The position numbers and the translations under genes are program-made. The notes below the pieces were generated by a model, which ran no database searches, had not been told where the DNA came from, and saw only the letters and a program-made list of their open reading frames with translations. Positions 10,525 to 20,789 of a stretch of DNA of 64,000 bases are shown one piece after another; within the stretch, counting starts at the first letter, position 1; the number at the start of each line of letters is the position of its first letter. This stretch comes from an uncultured Acidobacteriota bacterium (GTDB taxonomy: Bacteria; Acidobacteriota; Blastocatellia; RBC074), in the NCBI GenBank assembly GCA_963796275.1, contig CAWCKY010000003.1:1024001-1088000 (forward strand). Reading direction: 5' to 3'.

Positions 10525-11088
10525 ATGAAAGAAGAACGCAAATCATTTCTGCTCGATCCGCCGGCAGAGCCGCAGCCATCCTCGCTTGCATTCCTTCGTC
10601 AAGCTCGGTTTTATTTGCTTGAGGAGCATTGGGTGAAAATCCAAACATCTGTCGGCCTGCTCGATAATGAACAGGTCTGGTGGCGGCCAAACGAAGAGAG
10701 CAATAGCATCGGCAACCTTTTGCTGCATCTGTTCGGTAATATACGGCAATGGATTATCGCAGGCATCGGTGGAGCAGATTACGCGCGCGACCGGGAGCGT
10801 GAATTCGCAGAGCGCGGTCATATAAACAAAGCCGAATTGCTCGATATGGTAAGATCGACGCTCGCTGAAGTTGATATGGTGATGGCAAATATCGAAAGGG
10901 AGATCGTTCATTTGCAGTCCGATGAGCCCCTCCAGAGGGTGTGCGTACCGCAAGGTTTCAGACAGACAGTAATGGATGCGATTTCGCACGTCGTCGGGCA
11001 TTTCGGCTATCACACCGGTCAAATCGTTTACATCGCCAAATTGCTCGAATCCGGGAAAGTGAGTTTTTATGACGATCGGGAGTTGTGA
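10525..11088 (+). CDS. DinB/DUF1572 family protein
   Basis: Motifs NSIGNLLLHLFGN, RDREREF and HFGYHTGQIVYIAK. Confidence 0.85.
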   Translation: MKEERKSFLLDPPAEPQPSSLAFLRQARFYLLEEHWVKIQTSVGLLDNEQVWWRPNEESNSIGNLLLHLFGNIRQWIIAGIGGADYARDREREFAERGHINKAELLDMVRSTLAEVDMVMANIEREIVHLQSDEPLQRVCVPQGFRQTVMDAISHVVGHFGYHTGQIVYIAKLLESGKVSFYDDREL

Positions 11089-11257
11089 AAAAAGCTACTT
11101 CGATGTAGATCGCGTAATTCACCACACCCGCGCGTAAGATCGGCTGAATTTTCAATCCTCCTGCGCTCCTCGGCTTTGAATGAGAGAATGCCGCTCGCGT
11201 CTGATTTCCGACGGCGACAAATCAGGTTCGCTACTTAAATCCACAATCCCCGGCAGC

Positions 11258-11286
11258 TTGCCTTGATCGCACCAATCGCTTACATT
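11258..11286 (+). promoter_or_regulatory. Sigma70-like promoter of the tRNA-Arg gene
   Basis: TTGCCT-N17-TACATT, ending 9 nt before the tRNA 5' end. Confidence 0.6.
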
Positions 11287-11295
11287 AGCTCGCGT

Positions 11296-11606
<311 letters not shown>

Positions 11607-11697
11607 TCCAAACCAGAAGCGTGACGGGCATCATCACGATGCCCGTCTTGCTTTCTGCTTTTCGCATTTGCGAAAAATCAATTGCTGTAGGTGAACG

Positions 11698-12744
11698 ATG
11701 AGATTCATCATCCACGGCGCAGGGGCCGTTGGAAGTTTGGTCGGAGGTCTGTTGGCCGGAAGCGGTGCGGAGGTCATCCTCATCGCGAGAGAAGAGCACG
11801 CGGCTGCGGTCAATCAATACGGTCTTCAGATCAAATCACCAAAGGGCGACCGGCTCGTGAAAAACCTGTACGCCGTATGCTCGCCGACTGAAATTACGCC
11901 GCGCTCGGATGACGTCATTTTCATTACTGTAAAAACTCAGCAGACGCCCGCATCCGTTCAGTCGCTACGCGAAACTTTTTCGGAGGATACTCCGGTATTC
12001 TGCGTGCAAAACGGTGTGCGCAACGAAGAACTGGCGGCGCGCCGCTTCCTTCACGTCTATGGCGTGATGGCCGGCTTGTGTGTCAACTTTTTATCCCCGG
12101 GGGTGATCGCGCACACGATGAGCGACCGGATAGGAATTGGAAACTATCCGCTGGGTTGCGACGATCTGGCCGTCCTGGCTGCAGAACGACTCGAAGGCTC
12201 CGGTTTTCATGTGTCGACTCATGAATCAATCATTTCCGTCAAATGGAGCAAATTGCTCCTCAACCTCAACAACGCGACATACGCAATCATAGACAGCCAT
12301 TTACAACTCGGTTATGTCACACCCTCGATCAGCAGTTTCATGGCTGACGTGATGGAGGAGGGATTGCAAGTGCTCTATCAATCCGGCATTTCTCTCCATG
12401 ACGCTAATGACCCCTATGACATCAATCGTCGCATTGCCGAGTTGCATAGTGTCGTTGAAGACCATGAGAAAATTCTGGCGGCTCAGCGCCTGCCCGATGA
12501 GTTGCGCGCCTATCCATCGACCTGGATGGACCTGAAACAGAAACGCGGCGATACGGAGGTGGGATTTTTAAACGGTGAGATCATTCTTCTCGGGGAAAAG
12601 CACGCAATTCCCACTCCTTACAATTCGACATTGTTGCAAATTGTCGAATCGATGGCAGCGGAGAAGGAAGAGCCGGGACGATTCACGATTGAGGAGTTGG
12701 CAGATCAGGTTGAACAGAGAAAATTGAAGTTATATCATAGTTGA
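11698..12744 (+). CDS. panE: Ketopantoate reductase (PanE/ApbA family)
   Basis: Rossmann motif GAGAVG, then ITVK, QNG, KWSKLLLN, S-T-W-M-D and TEVGFLNGEI. Confidence 0.8.
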   Translation: MRFIIHGAGAVGSLVGGLLAGSGAEVILIAREEHAAAVNQYGLQIKSPKGDRLVKNLYAVCSPTEITPRSDDVIFITVKTQQTPASVQSLRETFSEDTPVFCVQNGVRNEELAARRFLHVYGVMAGLCVNFLSPGVIAHTMSDRIGIGNYPLGCDDLAVLAAERLEGSGFHVSTHESIISVKWSKLLLNLNNATYAIIDSHLQLGYVTPSISSFMADVMEEGLQVLYQSGISLHDANDPYDINRRIAELHSVVEDHEKILAAQRLPDELRAYPSTWMDLKQKRGDTEVGFLNGEIILLGEKHAIPTPYNSTLLQIVESMAAEKEEPGRFTIEELADQVEQRKLKLYHS

Positions 12745-12982
12745 AATTTCTGCTTCAGGTGACACACCGGGCACAACTCGAAGAATAAGCGTGGATCTGC
12801 TGTTGTATATAAGCACTGGTTCAAAATTCAAAAATACACTCATTTTCAATTTTACAAATGCAAGTGTGTCGTCGGTTAAGATGCAACGATGCCTGTAACG
12901 TTAAAAGTTTTCAGTTATCGAGTTTCGTAAAGGAGACCGCCGGCTGAAGACTGAATACTATTTTCAGAGGAGATTTTCAGGA

Positions 12983-13969
12983 ATGAGACGATCAATTCGA
13001 CGCGAGTTATTCTGTATGCTCGCTTTCGTAATCATTTTTTCTGTTAGCTGCTCATCGCCGCAACCGGTTCAGAAACCCCCGAAGGCGGTTAAGACCGTTG
13101 CCTTCATTACAAATAACTCTTCCGATTACTGGAAGGCGGTGCGTAAGGGCTGCGAGAAAGCGGATGGAGAACTTCCCGATGTAAACCTCACCTTTAAGAT
13201 CGCATTTGGAGGAAAACCCTTCGAACAGCAAAGAATGATCAACGATGCGCTCAACATGGATGGCGCAGATGCCATTGCGGTCAGCCCGATTGACCCGTCA
13301 GAAGAGAAGTTTACGATCAATGGCGCTGCCAAGAGAGCGTTGTTGATAACACAGGATAGCGATGCGCCGGCGAGCGACCGCGCCTTATACGTCGGCGCCG
13401 ATAATGTTGCTGCCGGCCGTCAAGCGGGTGAACTTGTCAAGAAAGCATTACCCGAAGGCGGAAAGATCATGGTCTTCGTCGGCAAGCGCGAAGCTCAGAA
13501 TGCCCGAGACAGGTTCCAGGGATTGAAAGAAGCGCTCGAAGGTTCGAAAGTCGAGGTCCTCGATCTTTTGACCGACGACAACGACAAGGTTCAGGCCAAG
13601 GATAATGCGGCTACGACAATTCAAAAATATCCCGATATTGCCGGGATGGTCGGACTATGGTCTTACAACGGCCCCGCGATCCTCGAAGCGGTAAAAAGCG
13701 CGGATAAAGCCGGGAAGATCAAGATCATCTGTTTCGACGACGATAAGAACACGCTCGAAGGAATCAGAGCAGGATCGATCTTCGGGACCGTGGCGCAACA
13801 ACCCTATAAATACGGTTATGAGGCGATGCAGGTGATCGCCAAAATCCTGAGAGGCGATCGCTCGGTAATCCCCGAGGACAAAAAGATCATCATCCCACCG
13901 ATTATCATTCAGCGCGAGAATATCGATGATTACAGCAACAAAGCGCAGCAGCTGACCGCTGGCGGATGA
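12983..13969 (+). CDS. Sugar-binding periplasmic (lipo)protein of the RbsB-like family
   Basis: Lipoprotein-like signal (SVSC); motifs YVGADNVAAG and GTVAQQPY. Confidence 0.85.
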   Translation: MRRSIRRELFCMLAFVIIFSVSCSSPQPVQKPPKAVKTVAFITNNSSDYWKAVRKGCEKADGELPDVNLTFKIAFGGKPFEQQRMINDALNMDGADAIAVSPIDPSEEKFTINGAAKRALLITQDSDAPASDRALYVGADNVAAGRQAGELVKKALPEGGKIMVFVGKREAQNARDRFQGLKEALEGSKVEVLDLLTDDNDKVQAKDNAATTIQKYPDIAGMVGLWSYNGPAILEAVKSADKAGKIKIICFDDDKNTLEGIRAGSIFGTVAQQPYKYGYEAMQVIAKILRGDRSVIPEDKKIIIPPIIIQRENIDDYSNKAQQLTAGG

Positions 13970-14113
13970 TGAAATAAAGTTGGCAATGAAAAATCACAAA
14001 AAGAACAAAGAATGCAATGGGTATCGTGCGTTAAATGACTTTTCCATTTTTATGTCTTTGTACTTTTTGTGATCTTTCTGGCGAATTTCCTGTTTTTGAA
14101 GTGCGCGCACTCC

Positions 14114-15520
14114 TCAGCTAACCACGAGCTTCTCAAGCGCAGCGATTAAATCTTTTTCTCCGGCCGGCGTCACAGTGCGCAGGTCTAACATCAATTGGTC
14201 ATTGACGATGCGGGCGATGACAGGCGGGTCGTTAATGCGCAGCCTCGCTTCCATTTCTACCGCGACCATCCGATCACTGGTAACGCCGATGAGCGTTGTC
14301 GGCAGTTCTGTTTCGGGCGCGGAGCCTCCTCCAGCTACTGAAAAACCGTCCATCAGGGTCAATTGCAGGGAGGGAATGGATTTTTTGGTCTGTCGAACCA
14401 GGGCGCTGGCACGGCGTGTGACGGCCTCCTTGGTTTCGTGCAGGGCGGAGAGCGCAGGGATTTCCTCGATCGCCCGGCCGCTCGCATATGAAGCTATCGT
14501 CGCTTCGAGCGCGGCATAGGTCAGCTTGTCGACGCGCAGCGCTCGCATCAGCGGATTACTTTTGATACGCCTGATCAGTTCAGCCTCGCCGAGAATGATT
14601 CCGGCCTGCGGCCCGCCCAGTAATTTGTCGCCGCTGAAAGCGAGGAGCGAGCAACCGGCTTTGAGTGAGGAAGCCACCGTCGGCTCACCATGAATTCCGA
14701 GCGATTCCAGGTCGATCAGACACCCGCTTCCCAGGTCCTCGAACAATGGCAGTTTGTACTCGCGCGCGAGTCGTGCGAGGTCTACCAGGGCTGGTTTCTC
14801 CGTGAATCCCACAATGCGGTAATTCGAGGGATGCGCGCGCAGAATGACCCGCGTGTCCGCGCCGATCGCGTTTCGGTAATCGGAGAGCCGCGTCCGGTTC
14901 GTCGTACCCACTTCGCGTATGCGCGCGCCCGATTTGGCGATCACATCGGGGATACGGAACGATCCGCCGATCTCGATCAGCTCGCCGCGGGAGATTATCA
15001 CCTCGCCCCCCTCTGCCAGCGTGTTCAATGCAATCAGCACTGCGGCCGCGCAGTTGTTGACGACGGCTGCCGCTTCGCAGTCGAGCAATTCGCAAAGTTG
15101 AGCCTGCAGTCCCGTGCCCCGCTTACCCCGTCTGCCGGTCTCCAGATTGTATTCGAGATTGCAGTAGTCTCCGCCGATCCGGTTGATTGCCGCGAGCGCA
15201 CTGTTACTGAGCGGAGCACGCCCAAGGTTGGTGTGAAGCACTACCCCGGTGGCATTGATGACGCGCTGCATCTGTGCCTGCCGCCGAATGGCGAAACGCG
15301 ATTGCAGTCGCATCTCGATTTCGGATGTGATTTTCATGGCATCGGCCGGCGAGGCTGCTTCGCCGTTAGCGCCGGCGATCTGCGTTCGTAATTCGGCGAT
15401 CACTTCGCGCAGTTCGTCACGTACCGCTTCGCGCCCGGCCTCGGCGATTAGAGTTTGCAGGCTGGCGCGCCGCAGCAACCGGTCAATCGATGGCAAATTG
15501 CGTAAGACATTCTCGATCAT
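14114..15520 (-). CDS. selA: L-seryl-tRNA(Sec) selenium transferase
   Basis: VINATGVVLHTNLGRAPL, VVNNCAAA, SRGELIEIGGSFRIP, EVGTTNRT, and FSGDKLLGGPQAG containing the PLP lysine. Confidence 0.96.
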   Translation of the reverse strand: MIENVLRNLPSIDRLLRRASLQTLIAEAGREAVRDELREVIAELRTQIAGANGEAASPADAMKITSEIEMRLQSRFAIRRQAQMQRVINATGVVLHTNLGRAPLSNSALAAINRIGGDYCNLEYNLETGRRGKRGTGLQAQLCELLDCEAAAVVNNCAAAVLIALNTLAEGGEVIISRGELIEIGGSFRIPDVIAKSGARIREVGTTNRTRLSDYRNAIGADTRVILRAHPSNYRIVGFTEKPALVDLARLAREYKLPLFEDLGSGCLIDLESLGIHGEPTVASSLKAGCSLLAFSGDKLLGGPQAGIILGEAELIRRIKSNPLMRALRVDKLTYAALEATIASYASGRAIEEIPALSALHETKEAVTRRASALVRQTKKSIPSLQLTLMDGFSVAGGGSAPETELPTTLIGVTSDRMVAVEMEARLRINDPPVIARIVNDQLMLDLRTVTPAGEKDLIAALEKLVVS

Positions 15521-15629
15521 TTCAAAACGCTAAAAAGTGACGGCAAAAGTGATTTTGACCAAGATTTATCCGACTTGGGGAGAGTCGCTAGGTCTTATCC
15601 ATTTAAGTTATCGATATTTTGCGGTTCAC

Positions 15630-16430
15630 TCAGCTCATAGTCGCAATAGTTTCGAGTATCCGATTGTGGATCACGCTGTTGCTCGCAATGATGCCGCGCA
15701 GATTGTGAAGCTCCGATCTGTTGTATTTCAGGGCTTCGCCTCGGATGTCGGTGACCGCGCCGCCGGCCTCGCGCAGAATAGCTTCAGGTCCGCAAGTGTC
15801 CCACTGGTTCGTACGTCCGCCCAGATGTAGGTAGAGATGCGCGCGTCCTTCGGCAATAAGACCGAATTTCAATCCGACGCTCCCGTGGCTTATTCGTTTG
15901 GTCACGCCCAAAGTCTCGCATATCCAGTCGATCCTGGGGCTGTGATGTGAGCGGCTTATTGCGAGCGTTAACTTTGAGGGATCATCGAGTTCCGCAACGC
16001 GCAATCGTTTGGTTGACCACTTCTCCTCAACGTATGCGCCTGTTCCGGGGGCAGCGTAGAACATCCGGTCGGGGGATGGGTGGTAGACGACCCCCAATTT
16101 AGCCACGCCATCGATCGCCAGCCCGATCATGACGGCAAATTCATCGATGCGGTCGATGAACTGCTTCGTGCCGTCCATCGGATCGACCATCCAGACTCGA
16201 TCGTATTTCAAGCGCGACAGGTCGTCGGGAATTTCCTCCGAGAGTACCGCATCGTGCGGGAATTGGCGGTGCAGCTCGCGTACCAGCAGTTCGTTGGCTG
16301 CATGGTCTGCCGCGGTCACGGGATCATTGTGGCCCTTCCAGTGCACCTGTGCGCCATTTTGATAATAGTCCAAAAGAATACGCCCGGCTTCGCGAGCCAG
16401 GCTTTTCGCTGTCTCCAGTTCTTTCTCCAT
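15630..16430 (-). CDS. cysQ: Inositol monophosphatase family / 3'(2'),5'-bisphosphate nucleotidase, CysQ-like
   Basis: Motifs PVTAAD, SEE, VDPMDGT and WDTCGPEAILREAGG. Confidence 0.8.
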   Translation of the reverse strand: MEKELETAKSLAREAGRILLDYYQNGAQVHWKGHNDPVTAADHAANELLVRELHRQFPHDAVLSEEIPDDLSRLKYDRVWMVDPMDGTKQFIDRIDEFAVMIGLAIDGVAKLGVVYHPSPDRMFYAAPGTGAYVEEKWSTKRLRVAELDDPSKLTLAISRSHHSPRIDWICETLGVTKRISHGSVGLKFGLIAEGRAHLYLHLGGRTNQWDTCGPEAILREAGGAVTDIRGEALKYNRSELHNLRGIIASNSVIHNRILETIATMS

Positions 16431-16570
16431 AATTCCTTCACTAAACTCGCGCGCGAACGCATTCGCTCACGAGTTTACGATGTCCCACGCCCTGTTTGTG
16501 ATGGTCTTAACTTTTGCTCTTCTTGAAGCTTAACCCATAGCCCTCAAATCTCAAATCACAAATTTGAAAT

Positions 16571-16599
16571 TTGACAAGGCCAATTGCCCTTCCTATACT
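16571..16599 (+). promoter_or_regulatory. Sigma70 promoter for the cyclase-ATL-YceI cluster
   Basis: TTGACA-N17-TATACT. Confidence 0.7.
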
Positions 16600-16656
16600 C
16601 GCGCCGTCCTCGAAAATCGCTTGTCTCTCGTATGAAACCGGTGGGGAGCAGTAGCA

Positions 16657-17283
16657 ATGAAAATCTACGACGTAACAGTCGCCATCTCGAATGATCTCCC
16701 GGTATATCCAGGCGATCCGGCCATCAACATCACCCGTACACAATCGCTTGAGAAAGGCGACGTGGCGCGCGTATCACATCTGAGTTTCAGCACGCATATC
16801 GGTACGCACATCGACCCGCCATCTCACTTTATAATGGATGGCATCTCGCTCGATCGGGTTCCGTTGGAAGTTCTAATCGGACCGGCGCGGGTCATCGACG
16901 CCGGAAATGTCGAATCGATAGATAAATCCGCACTCGAGCGCGCGGACCTCAATGGCGCGACGCGTGTGATCTTCAAGACGCGCAACTCACGTTTCTGGCG
17001 CGAGTCCCAGGTTTTTCGCGAAGATTTCGTCTACTTGGAAACCGAAGCGGCCGAACTGCTGGTCAAGCGCGGAGTGCAGCTGGTCGGCATCGACTATCTT
17101 TCCATCGAAAAGTTTAACTTCGATCGACCGACGACGCATTGGACATTGCTCGGCAATAATGTTGTGATTGTAGAGGGGTTGGACCTGAGCGAAGTCCCTC
17201 CCGGCGACTACGAATTGATCTGCCTGCCGCTCAAAATTAAGGACGGTGATGGCGGACCGGCGCGGGTCGTGTTACGTGGTTGA
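16657..17283 (+). CDS. Cyclase family protein (KynB/arylformamidase-like)
   Basis: VYPGDP, HIGTHIDPPSHF, GIDYLS, VEGL and DGGPARVVL. Confidence 0.88.
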   Translation: MKIYDVTVAISNDLPVYPGDPAINITRTQSLEKGDVARVSHLSFSTHIGTHIDPPSHFIMDGISLDRVPLEVLIGPARVIDAGNVESIDKSALERADLNGATRVIFKTRNSRFWRESQVFREDFVYLETEAAELLVKRGVQLVGIDYLSIEKFNFDRPTTHWTLLGNNVVIVEGLDLSEVPPGDYELICLPLKIKDGDGGPARVVLRG

Positions 17284-17345
17284 TTGGTAATGTTAGAAAC
17301 GAATTAGGCGAAACTGGCAGAAAGACAAAATACGCGAATTCTCCA

Positions 17346-17759
17346 ATGAAGGAGACAAAAAAGAAAATCTTCGAGAGCCACGCAAAAGATTCCCCAGCTT
17401 ACCGTGAGCTCGTTTACCGCCTCGTTCTGCGCATTCCGTCCGGACGCGTGATGAGTTACGGTCTCGTAGCCCGCGTGCTGGGCGCCGGTTATGACGCGCG
17501 TGCCATCGGCAACGTCATGTTTGCGACCCCTCAGGATGGCCGCCATATCCCCTGGCATCGTGTCATCAATTCACAAGGCGGCTGCTCTACCGCCGGCAGG
17601 ACATTGCCACCCGATCTGCAAATGAGATTGCTCGAAGCGGAAGGCATTGTCTTCAACGATAAGGGGCGTTGCGCAATAGTGAAATATCTCTGGATGCCGC
17701 CCGAGTACGAGGAAGAAGCTAAGACGGGAACATCCGACCAGGAAAACTTATTCGGTTGA
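17346..17759 (+). CDS. Alkyltransferase-like (ATL) DNA-binding protein of the MGMT family
   Basis: IPSGRVMSYG and PWHRVINSQG, with Trp in place of the catalytic Cys; ATG 17346 is the probable start. Confidence 0.85.
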   Translation: MKETKKKIFESHAKDSPAYRELVYRLVLRIPSGRVMSYGLVARVLGAGYDARAIGNVMFATPQDGRHIPWHRVINSQGGCSTAGRTLPPDLQMRLLEAEGIVFNDKGRCAIVKYLWMPPEYEEEAKTGTSDQENLFG

Positions 17760-17788
17760 GTGCTCATCCACTTAACAGGAGTTCCGTA

Positions 17789-18460
17789 ATGCATGCTAAA
17801 AGTTTTGTACGCATAGCAACGCCTGCTCTTGGGCTGATCAGCATCGTTGCCGGGTTATTGATTTACAATCAAACATCTTCGGCACAGCGCTCCCGGCTAC
17901 AACCGAAAACGCGCATCTACACGATCGATCAGGTGAGCAGCCGAATCATGGTGCAACTCACGCATGAGGGATTTATCGCCAAAATGCGCCCGCGCAATGA
18001 GGTGGCCGTTAAGAGCTTCAACGGCAAGGTCCAGGTACCACTCAATAATGAATCCGAAATCGCCGTTGTGCTCGAATCCGAAGTGAGATCGATGACGAAT
18101 GTCGATAAAGACATGAGCGAATTCGAGCGCAAGGAGTTTCACAATATCTTGCATAATGCCGTGCTCGAATCGGAGAAATTCCCGACCATCAAGTTCGCCT
18201 CTATCTCCGTCACCGATGTGCGGGGAACGAACGAGGAGCGCAGCTTCACTCTCAACGGCGACCTGACCATCCGGGAATCTACCAGGCGTATCGCCATTCC
18301 GGTCAACGTGACGGTCAGTGATCAGGAGCTGCGGGCAACGGGCGAGGGGATAATCAAACAATCCGAGTTCGGAATCAAACCTTATACCGGCGGCTTCGGC
18401 GCGATCAAAATCGCGGATGAGGTGAAAGTAAATTTTGTAATCGTGGCTAAAACTTCTTGA
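17789..18460 (+). CDS. YceI family lipid/polyisoprenoid-binding protein
   Basis: Signal/TM segment; LESEKFPTIKF, GDLTIR, QSEFGI; AGGAG RBS before ATG 17789. Confidence 0.85.
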   Translation: MHAKSFVRIATPALGLISIVAGLLIYNQTSSAQRSRLQPKTRIYTIDQVSSRIMVQLTHEGFIAKMRPRNEVAVKSFNGKVQVPLNNESEIAVVLESEVRSMTNVDKDMSEFERKEFHNILHNAVLESEKFPTIKFASISVTDVRGTNEERSFTLNGDLTIRESTRRIAIPVNVTVSDQELRATGEGIIKQSEFGIKPYTGGFGAIKIADEVKVNFVIVAKTS

Positions 18461-18479
18461 ACGATGGAGTGAAACTTTG

Positions 18480-19115
18480 ATGAGTACGATCAGGCAGATG
18501 ATAGTCTTGTTCCTTTTATTATCAGTGATGATGCCACTGGCGGCTTACGCACAAACGAACTCGCGCAGTTACACGATCTCCGCCGGTGAGAGCAATTTGT
18601 GGGTGTTCGTCGGGAAAGCCGGATTCTTCAGCACATTCGGGCATGATCATGAGATCGGCATCAAGTCGTTTGGCGGTCGAATCGACCTCCCACATTTAGG
18701 GGCGAGCGGGGGCTCGCTCGAGGTCGAGATAGAAACAAAATCATTCGTCGTGCTCGATAAGGAGTCCAGCGAAAATGATCGCGCCAAGATCTTTGATGCC
18801 ATGCATAAAGAGGTGATCGAGTCGGAAAAGTTTCAGAAGATAACATTCAGGTCAGTCTCGGTTTCTGATTTGAAACCGGCCGGGGAGGGAAACTATAGTT
18901 TGACTTTGAACGGCGATCTGACATTGCACGGTGTGACGAAGCGAATTGCTGTACCGGCGACGGCGAGCATCACACCTGAGCAGGTTCGCGCAGTCGGCAA
19001 GTACACGCTCAAACAGACCGATTATGGGATCAAAATCTACTCGGCGGGGGGCGGAACGGTTAAAGTCAAAAATGAAGTGGTGGTTAATTTCAACATCGTG
19101 GCGAAAGCGTTATAG
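18480..19115 (+). CDS. YceI family protein (second tandem copy)
   Basis: Signal peptide (AYA-Q); GHDH, GDLTLHGVTK, QTDYGI. Confidence 0.88.
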   Translation: MSTIRQMIVLFLLLSVMMPLAAYAQTNSRSYTISAGESNLWVFVGKAGFFSTFGHDHEIGIKSFGGRIDLPHLGASGGSLEVEIETKSFVVLDKESSENDRAKIFDAMHKEVIESEKFQKITFRSVSVSDLKPAGEGNYSLTLNGDLTLHGVTKRIAVPATASITPEQVRAVGKYTLKQTDYGIKIYSAGGGTVKVKNEVVVNFNIVAKAL

Positions 19116-19232
19116 AAACGTGATTCAGAGCGCGCGCTAGGCTTATAGACAGGTATAGATAAGGTTGACAGGATTTTAAGAGATTACGGAATCCAATCAT
19201 CCTGTTAATCCCGTCGAAATTCGAGGGGGAAG

Positions 19233-20789
19233 ATGGCCCAACGAATCGGTATCGAAATTCCACAGATCATCGAAGTTTACAGTCCCGCTACTTCGGAGAA
19301 GCTCGGCGAGGTCGCTGTCAATACTCCTCCTGAAGTAGGCGCGGCAGCCCTGCGTGCGCGCCAGGCATTTCGCGTCTGGGGCGCGCTCGATATGAGACAG
19401 CGTGCAGAGGTCATGCTCACTGCGCGCGACCTTTTCGTCACACGGCGTGAAGAGCTGATCGAATTGATCTGCGCCGAAAACGGGAAACCGCGACTCGAGG
19501 CGCTGGTTGAGATCACATATGTTTGCGATGTAATCACATTTTATGCCAGGCAGGCGCGCCGGTTTCTCAAACCACAGCGCGTCACGCCACATCTGCTGCG
19601 CAACAAAAAAGTCACCGTTCATTACCAGCCGCGCGGTGTCATCGGGATGATCACCCCCTGGAATTTTCCGCTCATCTTGACTATCGGCGAAGCGATCCCG
19701 GCACTGTTGTCGGGGAACGCCGTGATCATCAAACCGTCGGAATGGACTCCCCTGATCGCTATGCGCGGCGCCCGCCTGATCCACGATGCCTTTCAGGCGC
19801 ACCGCCTGCCGGCGGACATCCTGCAGATCGTCAATGGCTATGGTGAGACGGGGGGCGTACTGGTCGATGAGGCCGATATGATCGCATTCACCGGCAGCGT
19901 ACGTACCGGCCAGGCAGTCGCCGCCCGCGCGGCGCGGCGTCTGATCCCGGTTAGCCTGGAACTGGGCGGTAAGGATCCGATGATCGTTCTGCGCGATGCC
20001 GATCTCGAACGAGCCGCGAACGCGGCAGTCTGGGGGGCATTCACCAACTCCGGTCAGGTCTGCATCTCGGTCGAGCGAGTTTACGTCGAAGACGCGATCG
20101 CAGATGAATTCACACGACGCGTGGTCGCGAAGACAAGGGTCTTACGGCAGGGGGTTGATTCAATCGGAAGCGACCAACGCATCGATGTGGGAGCTATGAC
20201 ATTTCCGAAACAGATAGAAATAATCGAAGAGCAGATCGCCGATGCCAGGGCTCGCGGCGCGCACATCCTCATCGGCGGGCGGCGCAACGAGAGCCTGGAA
20301 GGTCGTTATTTCGAGCCGACGGTACTCACGAACGTCGATCATTCGATGAAGATCATGACAGAGGAGACGTTCGGCCCGGTGCTTCCGATTATGCGCGTCC
20401 GCGATGAGGGAGAGGCATTGCGGCTGGCCAATGACTCGGTCTACGGCCTCAATGCCAGCGTGTTCACACGCGACCGTGCGAGAGGAGAACGCCTGGCCGG
20501 GAAGATCGAGGCGGGGATGACGTGCGTCAACGATGTGCTCGCGGGGTTTGGCGTGACGGATGCGCCTTCGGGGGGCTTGAAAGCGAGCGGCATCGGGAAA
20601 CGCCATGGGCCTGAAGGCATTCGTCGCTTCTGCCATCAACAGGTGATCGTCACCGATCGCTTCGGGATGAATAGCGAACCGTTCTGGTTTCCTTACAGCG
20701 CGAAGACAGAACGGCTCCTGTCGCGCGCGCTCGGCCTGATGTTCTCATCGGGTTTTCGATCCAAACTGAAATCCTTACTGAGTAAATAA
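19233..20789 (+). CDS. Aldehyde dehydrogenase
   Basis: PWNFP, KPSE, FTGS, ELGGKDP, catalytic Cys in NSGQVC, EETFGP. Confidence 0.93.
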   Translation: MAQRIGIEIPQIIEVYSPATSEKLGEVAVNTPPEVGAAALRARQAFRVWGALDMRQRAEVMLTARDLFVTRREELIELICAENGKPRLEALVEITYVCDVITFYARQARRFLKPQRVTPHLLRNKKVTVHYQPRGVIGMITPWNFPLILTIGEAIPALLSGNAVIIKPSEWTPLIAMRGARLIHDAFQAHRLPADILQIVNGYGETGGVLVDEADMIAFTGSVRTGQAVAARAARRLIPVSLELGGKDPMIVLRDADLERAANAAVWGAFTNSGQVCISVERVYVEDAIADEFTRRVVAKTRVLRQGVDSIGSDQRIDVGAMTFPKQIEIIEEQIADARARGAHILIGGRRNESLEGRYFEPTVLTNVDHSMKIMTEETFGPVLPIMRVRDEGEALRLANDSVYGLNASVFTRDRARGERLAGKIEAGMTCVNDVLAGFGVTDAPSGGLKASGIGKRHGPEGIRRFCHQQVIVTDRFGMNSEPFWFPYSAKTERLLSRALGLMFSSGFRSKLKSLLSK

